Shown one piece after another: positions 37,390 through 49,400 of a stretch of 64,000 bases of DNA. The translations under genes were made by a program, and so were the position numbers. The DNA lies in NCBI GenBank assembly GCA_030390025.1, contig JASTWF010000036.1, positions 4,032,001-4,096,000 on the forward strand, read 5' to 3'. Every line of letters begins with the position of its first letter. Positions within the stretch are counted from its first letter, which is position 1. The notes beneath the pieces were generated by a model. That model was given only the letters and a program-made list of their open reading frames with translations, was not told the DNA's origin and did not search any database. Source of the DNA: Squalus acanthias (Eukaryota).

Positions 37390-38826
37390 AAATATCAGTA
37401 GAAGTGCAAAAGGTAGAAGCAATGGAAGGGGTGAAAATTGATAAACAGGATATACTAGAAAGGCTGGGTATGCTTGGTCCAGATGGCTTGCATCCCAGGT
37501 TGCGAAGGGAATTGGGGGAGGAGATAGCGGAAGGGCTTGCCATAATTTTCCAATCTTCCCCAGATGCCGGGGAGGTGCCTGAGGATTGGAAAGTGGCAAA
37601 TGTGACACCATTGTTCAAGAAAGGGTGTAAGGACAATCCTAGTAACTACAGGCCGGTCAGTTTAACATCAGTGGTGGGTAAAGTTTTAGAAACAATAATC
37701 AAGGAAAAAATTAACGGGCACTTGGAGAGGTTTAAGCTAATTAAGGAGAGCCAACACGGATTTGACAGTGAGTTGTGGTAAATGGCTGTTTTTCAGACTG
37801 GAGGATGGTAGACAGTGGTGTTCCCCAAGGGTCAGTGCTGGGGCCACTGCTTTTTTTGATATATATAAATGACCTGGATATTGGAATACAGAGTAGGATT
37901 TCTAAATTTGCCGATGACACCAAACTTGGGGGTGTGGCAAACAGTGATGATGATACCAATCGACTGCAGCAGGACATAGAAAGGCTAGAGAATGGGCAGA
38001 CAAGTGGCAGATAGAATTTAATACAGAGAAGTGTGAGGTGATGCATTTTGGCAGAAGGAACAGGGAGAGGCAATATACACTTAATGGCACAGTTTTAAAG
38101 AGTGTGCAGGGACAGAGGGACCTGGGAGTTAATGTGCATAGGTCCCTGAAGGTGGCAGGACATATTGAGAGAGTGGTTAACAAAGCATATGGGATCTTGG
38201 GCTTCATAAATAGAGGTATTGAGTACAAAAGTAGAGAAGTTATGCTGACCCTTTATAAAGCGATGGTTAGACCACAACTGGAGTACTGTGTCCAGTTCTG
38301 GTCACCACACTTTAGGAAGGATGTGAAGGCCCTTGAGAGGGTGCAGAGGAGATTTACCAGAATGGTTCCGGGGATGGGGGATCTTAGCTACAAGGACAGG
38401 TTGGAGAAGCTGGATTTGTTTTCATTAGAGCAAAGGAGGTTGAGGGGTGATTTGATAGAGGTGTACAAGATTATGACGGGTTTGGATAGGCTAGACGGGG
38501 TAAGGCTGTTTCCACTAGTTGATGGTACAAGGACTAGGGGATGCAGATTTAAGGTTTTGGGCAAGAGATACAGGGGAGACGTGAGGAAAAACTTTTTTAC
38601 GCAGCGAGTGGTGAGGACCTGGAACTCGCTGCCGATGGAAGTGATGGAAGCGGAGACACTCAATGTTTTCAAGGGGAAACTGGTTAGGCACTTGAGGGAA
38701 ATAAACTTGCAGGGCTACGGGGATAGAGCGGGGGGGGGGGAATGGGACTGACTGGATTGCTCTACAGAGAGCCGGCACGGACTCGATGGGCCGAATGGCC
38801 TCCTTCTGTGCCGTATGACTCTATGA
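37390..38826 (+). mobile_element. CR1 LINE ORF2 (reverse transcriptase) pseudogene with 3' UTR
   Basis: GPDGLHPR, PEDWKVANVTPLFKKG, NYRPVSLTS, SGVPQGSVLGPLLF, KFADDTKL and RPQLEYCVQFWSP motifs. Frameshifts and an internal deletion near 37765. (ctatgact) tail. Confidence 0.92.
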
Positions 38827-39733
38827 CATTATAGAAAAGGAATAGGGCAGATCCAAACTTTACAGTGGCATACAAGTGAAAATATCAATCAAACAACAAT
38901 TTTGAAATTCATAGATCACTAATTTCCTTATAATAGTCATTGAGTAGGTAGATTGCTATGTTAAAGTGTAATTCCATTTTTACTTATTAGCATGTTAAAG
39001 CATCCTAAATTATATACTTCATGCTGGTGAGTCAGTCATAGGATCAAATGATCAAATGATGGAACATTAAATTTAAAATGTGCTATGTAATGTAATCTTT
39101 GCCGCAGACTCTTACGTTAATGTATATGCAGGTTAGCAGCTGACTGGCAGTGAGTTAGGTGGCTCTAATTCAATAAAGCAAGTCTGACGCTGTCAAACCA
39201 CAGAGGTGAAGCAGACTGAATGACAACCTTAAACTCAATGCCAGTTATTTGCAATTGCATACAGTATGGGGTCTATTTTCAGAATTTGCACTCTGGCCTG
39301 GAGCGTTGCTGGCTATAAGAGCATGTCGGGAATGGAGGTCAGGATGGGACGTCCTACCCTGTTGACCTCCAAGCCTGAGTCTCTAATATGTGCATCCAAT
39401 GGGCAAAGCTTTATGCTGAGAGCACAAATTTGTAAAATGTACTCTTCTATACACCTCTTCTCTTAAAAGGTGGTGAGTTTTGCTGGCGCACGGTTCCATG
39501 GGTTGGCGTCTCGTCCAATTAGCCGCGCTTCCCATGCCATCCTAGACTGGGGGGGTAGATTTCCAACTTGCGTTACAAATCGGCCACCCATCGAAATGAA
39601 TGGAAAGGGAGATTGGCCATTTTCTAGAAGGGGCTTTCTGCCCAAGCATTGAAGACGGAAATGACCCCCAGAGTGTCACTGGGCCAGTTGGCCATGGAGG
39701 GCATCACAACTGAGCCCAATTCTGCAGACACTT

Positions 39734-39920
39734 GGGGGCAGAAAATCGTCTTGGGCGGTCATGTAAAACGGCTGGCATCGCATAGGCCTCCCGTTATACG
39801 CCCCGCCAAATATTCAGGTCTACTGACTTCAATGGAGCTGATTATTTGGCTGGGCGTATAGCAGGCGGACAATGCGATACAACTCATTCTGTGCCACCCC
39901 CCAAGGTGAATTTCTACTCC
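39734..39920. mobile_element. Palindromic MITE-like element
   Basis: gggggcagaaaatcgtcttggg ... cccaaggtgaatttctactcc termini around a central ctactgacttcaatggag. Resembles 6913-7037. Confidence 0.6.
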
Positions 39921-39964
39921 TTTCACTTTCCAGCACGGGTTACAAATAGCAATCAGGAACAGGA

Positions 39965-40690
39965 CCAATTCTGGGCACCACACTTTAGGAAGGAGGTCAA
40001 GGCCTTGGAGAGGGTGCAGCGGAAATTTACAAGACTGGTACCAGGGATGAGGGACTTCAGTGATGTGGAGAGACTGGAGAAGCTGGGATTGTTCTCCTTA
40101 GAGCAGAGAAGGTTAAGGGGAGATTGACCAGAATGGTCCCAGGGATGAGGGACTTCAGTGATGTGGAGAGACTGGAGAAGCTGGGGTTGTTCTCCTTAGA
40201 GCAGAGAAGGTTAAGGGGAGATTGACCAGAATGGTACCAGGGATGAGGGACTTCAGTGATGTGGAGAGACTGGAGAAGCTGGGTTTGTTCTCCTTAGAGC
40301 AGAGAGGGTTAAGGGGAGATTTAATACAGGTGTTCAAAATTATGAGGGGTTTTGATAGAGTAGATAAGGAGAAACTGTTTCCAGTGGGAGGAGGGTTGGT
40401 AACCAGAGGACACAGATTTAAAGTAATTGGCAAAAACATCAGAGGGGGAGATGAGGAGAATTATTTTAAGCAGCGAGTTGTTATGCTCTGGAATGCGCTG
40501 CCTGAAAGGAAGCAGATTCAATAGAATCTTTCAAAAGGGAATTGGATAAATACGTGAAGGGGAGAAAATTTGCAGGGCTATGGGGAAAGAGCAGGGGGGG
40601 AGTGGGACTGATTGGAGAGCTCGACCAAAGAGCCGGCACAGGCACGATGGGCCAAACGGCCTCCTCCTGTGTTGTAATATTCTATGATTC
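39965..40690 (+). mobile_element. CR1 LINE 3' fragment with internal 98-bp triplication
   Basis: [23 protein letters not shown] motif. gggatgagggac recurs at 40044, 40142 and 40240. Confidence 0.88.
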
Positions 40691-41217
40691 TGAGGACCCC
40701 TGGCTGATTTTTTTCCCCCCTCCCTTGCCTAATGGTACTGAGGCCAACTGTTGCGTCTCAACCGCTGCCTCGGCTGGACACAGACACAGTTCAGTAGCAC
40801 ACATTTAAGAACAGAGGAAAAGTGGTGCATTCGGCCACTGAACATTCAGGGAACATATGCGGAGTAAGAAGTGTTTCTAAAATCGCCCGGTGCAAAAGAC
40901 AGCCCATAATAAAATCAGTATTTCACAAAAACGTTTTCTTTTTGGTGCTTAGCTCTAAAAGGCAGCTTTATGAAGCAGATCCACCAAATCGGTTTGCATA
41001 AGGTTATTTGCCTGGTGTTGCATGCTGAGCGTGATTGCAAGGTATGGGTGGTGTGACGCTGTGTTGGGTATTATAGCTGATTATGATGGGCACTGCAGCT
41101 TGAAGCATAACAGCACCACGTGATCGGTAATACTGTGGCATTGTAAATTTTCTTTCAGTCGCAACTTTACTGGTGGCTATATCCCATTTAGCACCATTAA
41201 ATATGATTACATCGGAT

Positions 41218-41940
41218 ATACGGCACAGAAACAGGCCATTTGGCCCAACCAGTCCATGCCGGTGTTTATGCTCCACTCGAGCCTCCTCCCGTCTTTCCTC
41301 ATCTAAATCTATCAGCATAACCCTCTATTCCCTTCTCCCTCATATGCTTGTCTAGCCTCCCCTTAAATGCATCTATACTATTCGCTTCAACCACTCCCTG
41401 TGGTAGCGAGTTCCACATTCTCACCACTCTCTGGGTAAAGAAGTTTCTTCTGAATTCCCTATTGGATTTCTTGGTGACTGTCTTATATTGATGGCCTCTA
41501 GTTTTGCTCTTCCCCACAAGTGGAAACATTCTCTCTGTATCCAGTCTATCAAAACCTTTCATAATTTTAAAGACCGTTATTAGGTCACCCCTCAGCCTTC
41601 TCTTTTCAAGAGAAAAGAGACCCAGCCTGTTCATCCTTTCCTGATAGGTATACCCTCACATTTCTGGTATCATCCTTGTAAATCTTCTCTGCACCCTCTC
41701 CAGTGCCTCTATATCCTTTTTATAATATGGCGACCAGAACTGTACACAGTACTCCAAGTGTGGTCTAACCAAGGTTCGATACAGGTTTAGCATAACTTCC
41801 CTACTTTTCAATTCTATCCCTCTAGAAATAAACCCTCGTGCTTGGCTTGCTTTTTGTTATGGCCTGTGGCGCAACTTTTAGTGATTTGTGTATTTGTACT
41901 CCCAGATCCCTTTGTTCCTCTACCCCACCCAGACTCGCAC
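41218..41940 (-). mobile_element. CR1 LINE 3' fragment
   Basis: LGLFSLEKRRLRGDLITVFKIMKGFDR...RVVRMWNSLP (ORF 41299-41634). Confidence 0.88.
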
Positions 41941-43115
41941 CCTCGCAACCATTATAAGGTTGTGGATATTTTTCTGCAGGATTCTAACCTTGCCCATTGG
42001 TATCTTGGAAATAGTAGAATTAAAGAGAATAGTAGCTACCTGGGAGGGTAGGGAGGGAAAGATGTCGTTGGTCTGCTATGTGTAGCAAAATCTTAAGCAC
42101 GTTCTTTTTACACCGAGGAAAACTACCTCCCCCCTCGGGAACGACTACTTGTGTTAGAAATTATGCAAAATTAAAATATTTTAAAAACTTTTAATGGGAT
42201 AGTTTTTCGGTCCTTTTTTTGTGCCCGGTCCCAACGCCAGCTCAGAATGCCATCTTCAAATGCTCTGTGTGCCACTGATGCACAATGACATTCACACTGT
42301 AGATCTGATGACCTATAACTGCAACAGGCACACGTTTGTGGAGCGAGAATGGAACTTTGTATCTATCACCAACCAAAGACGACAGTACTCAGCAGTAACA
42401 GCCAGCCATTTGTCAATTTCGGGTCAGTTTCACTCGTTCAGTATTGATCAGTGATCGATCAGGTCAGAGGACTTGTCAATACCAATGCAAGGAAACAGAA
42501 AATACTTTTTTAGTCCAGCCTTGTTAAAAGTGCTTTTTGGATTTCAGAGAGAGAGAGAAACAACTGCAACAATTCAAAAACGACAGATTCATTTATTGTC
42601 AGTGATTTCAACACAGGATACAAGGAAAAGTTGTACTACAATGTTAGTGATTTAGAAAAATAATCAAATACAGGTTCCCAATCTAAATTCTTTCTTGGTA
42701 ACAGAATCCTCACTTAGAAAAAAAATTAGACGGACAGAACTAAATGCTAAGTCTCACAATAACTGCAGAGCTATGGGGAAAGAGCAGGGGAGTGGGACTA
42801 ATTGGAGAGCTCCTTCAAAGAGCCGGCACAGGCACGATGGGCCGAATAGCCTCATTCTGTGCTATATGATTCTATGCATGGGCCAGACAGGGGTGAGCGT
42901 GTTAGCTTTTACCTATTATATACTGCGCAGCACAGTGAACCAGAAAGTGAATTCTAACCATGGGAGTGTCTTTGGCTCTGACACAAACGCAGTTGCAGCT
43001 TTGAAAGGGCGAGAAAGCGCTCCTCAAAGTAGCTGATAAAATACACCGAGGTATGAATCATGCCAATAAGACTGTATAATTGTCCTAAACCTAATTGTTT
43101 AACTTGAAAACCCTT

Positions 43116-43231
43116 CACATTCCCACATTACAACAGTGACTACACTCCAAAAGTACTCCATTGGTTGTAAAGCGCGTTGGGACATCCGGTGGTCGTGAAA
43201 GGCGCTATAGAAATGTAATTCTTTCTTTCTT
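43116..43231 (+). mobile_element. Deu-domain SINE 3' fragment
   Basis: cattacaacagtgactacac...gtgaaaggcgctatagaaatg tail. Confidence 0.8.
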
Positions 43232-43317
43232 CACGAAAACATGGGAGGGGAGGGGAGTATTTTATATTTTGATCCAATAGGACCAACCTCGATTTCCCCA
43301 TAACCCTGTCCCCAATC

Positions 43318-43323
43318 TTTATT
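43318..43323 (-). terminator. Candidate polyadenylation signal (AATAAA) for the reprimo-family transcript
   Basis: tttatt on + is AATAAA on -, ~400 bp downstream of the stop. An alternative lies at 42592-42597. Confidence 0.35.
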
Positions 43324-43716
43324 TCATTTCTAAACCATCAGTACCTTCCTGAAAGAGATGCGCAAGTTCGAATATCTCCCCACATTACACAGCAATAAAC
43401 ATCGTTCAATTGTCCATTATTTTCCCCCATTCGCTTTTCTTCATCTCGAAAATGACGCCCAACATCTCGAACAGACTTGGAAAGTTCTGTCTCCTACTTA
43501 CACTCCAGGTGCAGCTTTCCTGAGTGATCTTTTTGGTAGCTTGAAGTGACCATAAGCACTCCAGAAAACTCTACTGGCCAGTTCACAGCTCTTCCATGGA
43601 GTCCAGAGTCAACTTTCGTTTTCTCTCTCCTTTCAGTTGTCCTCTAGAAGGGACCATCATTTGTGGTAACCAAAACTCTCCTTGTTCTTTCCCCCAGTTT
43701 GTTTTAAGCTTGCTCC

Positions 43717-44420
<704 letters not shown>

Positions 44421-44520
44421 TTAACTCAAAATGTCTTACCACTCCACGAAAGATCTTCTTTCTTCCTCACCTCCCCAGTCCTTTGGGATGATACATGGCC
44501 AGCTACAAGCTGTTGTAGTG

Positions 44521-44980
44521 GAAAGAAAGACTTGCATTTCTATAGCACCTTTCACAACCACCAGACCTCTCAAAGCGCTTTACAGCCAATGAAGTACTTG
44601 TTGAAGTGTAGTCACTGTTGTAATGTAGAAAACGGGGCAGCCAATTTGCACACAGCAAGCTCCCACAAACAGCAATGTGATAATGACCAGATCATCTGTT
44701 TTTGTGATGTTGGTTGAGGGATAAATATTGGCCGGGACACCGGGGAGAACTCCCCTGCTCTTCTTCGAAATAGTGCCGTGGGATCTTTTACATCCACCTG
44801 AGAGAGCAGACGGGGCCTCAGTTTAATGTCTCATCCGAACGACGGCCCCTCTGACAGTGCAGCACTCCCTCAGCACGGCACTGGAGTGTCAGCCTAGCTT
44901 TATGTGCTCAAGTCTCTGGAGTGGGACTTGACCCCACAACCTTCTGACCCAGAGGCGAGAGTGCTACCCACTGAGCCACA
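44521..44980 (-). mobile_element. Deu-domain SINE, full length, just upstream of the reprimo promoter
   Basis: Reverse complement of the family consensus. Confidence 0.88.
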
Positions 44981-45179
44981 GGGCAAGTCCTGAATAAAAT
45001 ATTATACACACTGACCTCTAAGTAACACAGTAACTATTGCATCAGTGTGTTCATGATTAGGTCAATTAGGGGTATCATCTTTGAGTCTGCGTTTATACTG
45101 ATTAGAGGCCAGGGTGCAAGATATGACAAAGGGTTTGCAATGGAAAATTGTATGTTGAGATTTTTAAATTACACTGTGT

Positions 45180-45552
45180 TAATTCTCATCCTCGTGTTCA
45201 AATCCCTCCATGGCCTCGCCTCTCCCTTTCTCTGTGACATCCTCCAGCCCCACAACCCTCTGAGATCTCTGCACTCCTCCAATTCTGGCCTCTTGTGGAT
45301 CCCCGATTTTTGTTGCTGCACCATTGGCGGCCGTGCCTTCAGCTGTCTAGGCCCGAAACTCTGGAATTCCCTCTCTATAATTCTCCACCTCTCTACCTCT
45401 CTCTCCTCCTTTAAAACATTCCTTCAAACCTACCTCTCAGACCAAGCTTTTGGTCACCTGTCCTAATACCTCCTTGTGTAGCTCGGTGTCAAATTTTGTT
45501 TGATAACACTCCTACATTAAAAGAAGCTATATAAATGTATGTTGTTGTTGTT
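45180..45552 (+). mobile_element. L2 LINE 3' fragment
   Basis: ILILVFKSLHGLAS...GGRAFSCLGPKLWNSL motif and (ttg)n tail. Confidence 0.82.
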
Positions 45553-45597
45553 TGTTGTTGAATACAATCCTGTCCAGAGCTCTGAAGGCTGGTGCGA

Positions 45598-46220
45598 TGA
45601 AAGAAAGACTTGCATTTATATAGCACCTTTTACAACCTCAGGACGTCCCAAAGCACTTTACAGCCAATGGAGTACTTTATTTCGAAGTGTAGCCACTGTT
45701 GTAATGGAGGAAACGTGGCAGCCAATTTGTGCACAGCAAGCTCCCACAAATAGCAATGTGATAATGACCAGATAATCTGATTTTTTTTGTGATGTTGATT
45801 GAGGGATAAATATTGGACCGAGGACACTGGGGAAAACTCCCCTGCTCGCGTTCAAAACAGTGGCTGACGTAAGAAAACTACGAGGCACTTGGTCTAAGCG
45901 TTAAACAAGGCTTTAATCAACTGTTTTACAACATGGAGGTTTAGTTGTGTCCTTCACTATTTCCTGTTAAGAATGTCCCGCGCAAGCTGGGCCCATGCCC
46001 GAGTATTTATACTCTCCCTGGACAGCGCCACCAGCAGGCCACTCAGTATTATTTCATAAGTCTTTCTTTCATGAATGACAGATTCATGTCATTGGCCGTG
46101 GGATCTTTTACATCCACCTGAGAGAGCAGACAGGGCCTCAGTTTAACGTCTCATCTGAAAGACGGCACCTCCGACAGGGCAGCACTCCCTCAGCACTGCA
46201 CTGGAGTGTCAGCCTAGATT
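45598..46220 (-). mobile_element. Deu-domain SINE split by a 227-bp insertion
   Basis: SINE sequence breaks at 45864 and resumes at 46092 (gccgtgggatctttta). Confidence 0.82.
45865..46091 (-). mobile_element. Putative short solo LTR
   Basis: TG...CA ends with short inverted termini (tgacgt / atgtca). Flanks gtggc / ttggc. Minus-strand TATAAATA followed by ATTAAA. Confidence 0.6.
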
Positions 46221-46460
46221 CTGAGAAGAGTTTTGTGTTCTGCCCAGCATATTTGAATTTGTGTGAAGTGAATTGAACTGGAAGAGTGGGAGAATAAACC
46301 AAAACTGCAATGGGCCAGTTATACTGCACCATTTGGGCTTCACATTGATGTAAACCGTGTTGTGTCGTTTGGGTGGGAAACTACCCAACTCGAATCCTGG
46401 CATATGGTGTGAGACCAGGATATAGTTCCTTGCCCCTTTAACTTCATGCAGGCTGTGGTG

Positions 46461-49400
46461 TAACACAAAAACAGGAGGAGGCCATTCAGCCCCTTGGGCC
46501 TGTTACACAGGAGCAGGAGGAGGCCATTCAGCCCCTCGAGCCTGATACACAGGAGCAGGAGGAGACCATTCAGCCACTCTCGAGCCTGTTACATTAGGAA
46601 CAGGAGGAGGCCATTCAGCCCCTCGAGCCTGTTACACAGGAGCAGGAGGAGAACATTCAGCCCCCTTGAGCCTGTTACACAGGAGCAGGAGGAGGCCATT
46701 CAGCCCCCTCGAGCCTGTTACATTAGCAACAGGAGGAGGCCATTCAGCCACTCGAGCCTGTTACATTAGGAACAAGAGGAAGCCATTCAGCCCCTCGAGC
46801 CTGTTACACAGGAACAGGAGGAGGCCATTCAGCCCTTCGAGCCTGTTACACAGGAACAGGAGGAGGCCATTCAGACTCTCGAGCCTGTAACACAGGAACA
46901 AGAGGAGGCCATTCAGCCCCTTGGGCCTGTTACATTAGGAACAGGAGGAGTCCATTCAGCCCTTCGAGCCTGTTACACACAAACAGGAGGAGGCCATTCA
47001 GCCCTTCGAGCCTGTAACACAGGAACAGGAGGAGGCAATTCGGCCCCTCGAGCCTGTTACATTAGAAACAGGAGGAGGCCATTCAGCCCCTCGAGCCTGT
47101 TACATTAGGAACAGGGGGAGGCCATTAAGCACCTCGAGCCTGTTACATTAGGAACAGGAGGAGTCCATTCAGCCCCCCTCGAGCCTGTTACACAGGAACA
47201 GGAGGAGGCCATTCAGACGCTCGCGCCTGTTACACAGGAAAAGGTGGAGGCCATTCAGCTCCTCGAGCCTGTTACACATGAAAAGGAGGAGGCCATTCAG
47301 TCCCTCGAGCCTGTTACACAGGAACAGGAGGAGGCCATTCAGCCCCTCGAGCCTGTTACAAAGGAACAGGAGGAGGCCATTCAGCCCCTCGAGCCTGTTA
47401 CATAGGAACAGGAGTAGGCCATCCAGTCCCTCGAGCCTGTTACACAGGAACCGGAGGGGGCCATTCAGCCCCTCGAGCCTGTTACATTAGGAACAGGATG
47501 AGGCCATTCAGCCCCTCGAACCTGTTACAGAGGAACAGGAGGAGGCCATTCAGCCCCTCGAGCCTGTTACATTAGGAACAGGAGGAGGACATTTAGCCCC
47601 TCGAGCCTGTTACACAGGAACAGGAGGAGGCCATTCAGCACTTCGAGCCTGTTACATTAGGAACAGGAGGAGGCCATTCAGCCCCTCGAGCCTGTTACAT
47701 TAGGAACAGGGAGAGGCCAATCATCCCCACTTGAGCCTGTTACATTAGGAACAGGAGGAGGCCATTCAGCCCCTCGAGCCTGTTACATTAGGAACAGGAG
47801 GAGGCCATTCAGCCCCTCGAGCCTGTTACATTGGGAACAGGAGGAGGCCATTCAGCCCCTCGTGCCTGCTACATTAGGAACAGGAGGAGGCCATTCAGCC
47901 CCTCGAGCCTTTTACACAGGAACAGGAGGAGGCCATTCAGCCCCTCGAGCCTGTTACAAAGGAACAGGAGGTGGCCATTCAGCCCCTCGAGCCTGTTACA
48001 TAGGAACAGGAGGAGGCCATTCAGCCCCTCGAGCCTGTTACATAGGAACAGGAGTAGGCCATCCAGTCCCTCGAGCCTGTTACACAGGAACCGGAGGAGG
48101 CCATTCAGCCCCTCGAGCCTGTTACATTAGGAACAGGATGAGGCCATTCAGCCCCTCGAACCTGTTACACAGGAACAGGAGGAGGCCATTCAGCCCCTCG
48201 AGCCTGTTACATTAGGAACAGGAGGAGGCCATTCAGCCCCTTGAGCCTGTTACACAGGAACAGGAGGAGGCCATTCAGCACTTCGAGCCTGTTACATTAG
48301 GAACAGGAGGAGGCCATTCAGCCCCCCTCGAGTATGTTACATTAGGAACAGGAGGAGGCCATTCAGCCACTCGAGCCTGTTACATTAGGAACAGGAGGAG
48401 GCCATTCAGCCCCTCGAGCCTGTTACATTAGCAACAGGAGGAGGCCATTCAGCCCTTCGAGCCTGTTACACAGGAACAGGAGGAGGCCATTCAGCCCTTC
48501 GAGCCTGTTACACAGGAACAGGAGGAGGCCATTCAGACTCTCGAGCCTGTAACACAGGAACAAGAGGAGGCCATTCAGCCCCTTGGGCCTGTTACATTAG
48601 GAACAGGAGGAGTCCATTCAGCCCTTCGAGCCTGTTACACACGAACAGGAGGAGGCCATTCAGCCCTTCGAGCCTGTAACACAGGAACAGGAGGAGTCCA
48701 TTCAGCCCCCCTCGAGCCTGTTACACAGGAACAGGAGGAGGCCATTCAGACGCTCGCGCCTGTTACACAGGAAAAGGTGGAGGCCATTCAGCTCCTCGAG
48801 CCTGTTACACATGAAAAGGAGGAGGCCATTCAGTCCCTCGAGCCTGTTACACAGGAACAGGAGGAGGCCATTCAGCCCCTCGAGCCTGTTACAAAGGAAC
48901 AGGAGGAGGCCATTCAGCCCCTCGAGCCTGTTACATAGGAACAGGAGTAGGCCATCCAGTCCCTCGAGCCTGTTACACAGGAACCGGAGGGGGCCATTCA
49001 GCCCCTCGAGCCTGTTACATTAGGAACAGGATGAGGCCATTCAGCCCCTCGAACCTGTTACAGAGGAACAGGAGGAGGCCATTCAGCCCCTCGAGCCTGT
49101 TACATTAGGAACAGGAGGAGGACATTTAGCCCCTCGAGCCTGTTACACAGGAACAGGAGGAGGCCATTCAGCACTTCGAGCCTGTTACATTAGGAACAGG
49201 AGGAGGCCATTCAGCCCCTCGAGCCTGTTACATTAGGAACAGGGAGAGGCCAATCATCCCCACTTGAGCCTGTTACATTAGGAACAGGAGGAGGCCATTC
49301 AGCCCCTCGAGCCTGTTACATTAGGAACAGGAGGAGGCCATTCAGCCCCTCGAGCCTGTTACATTGGGAACAGGAGGAGGCCATTCAGCCCCTCGTGCCT

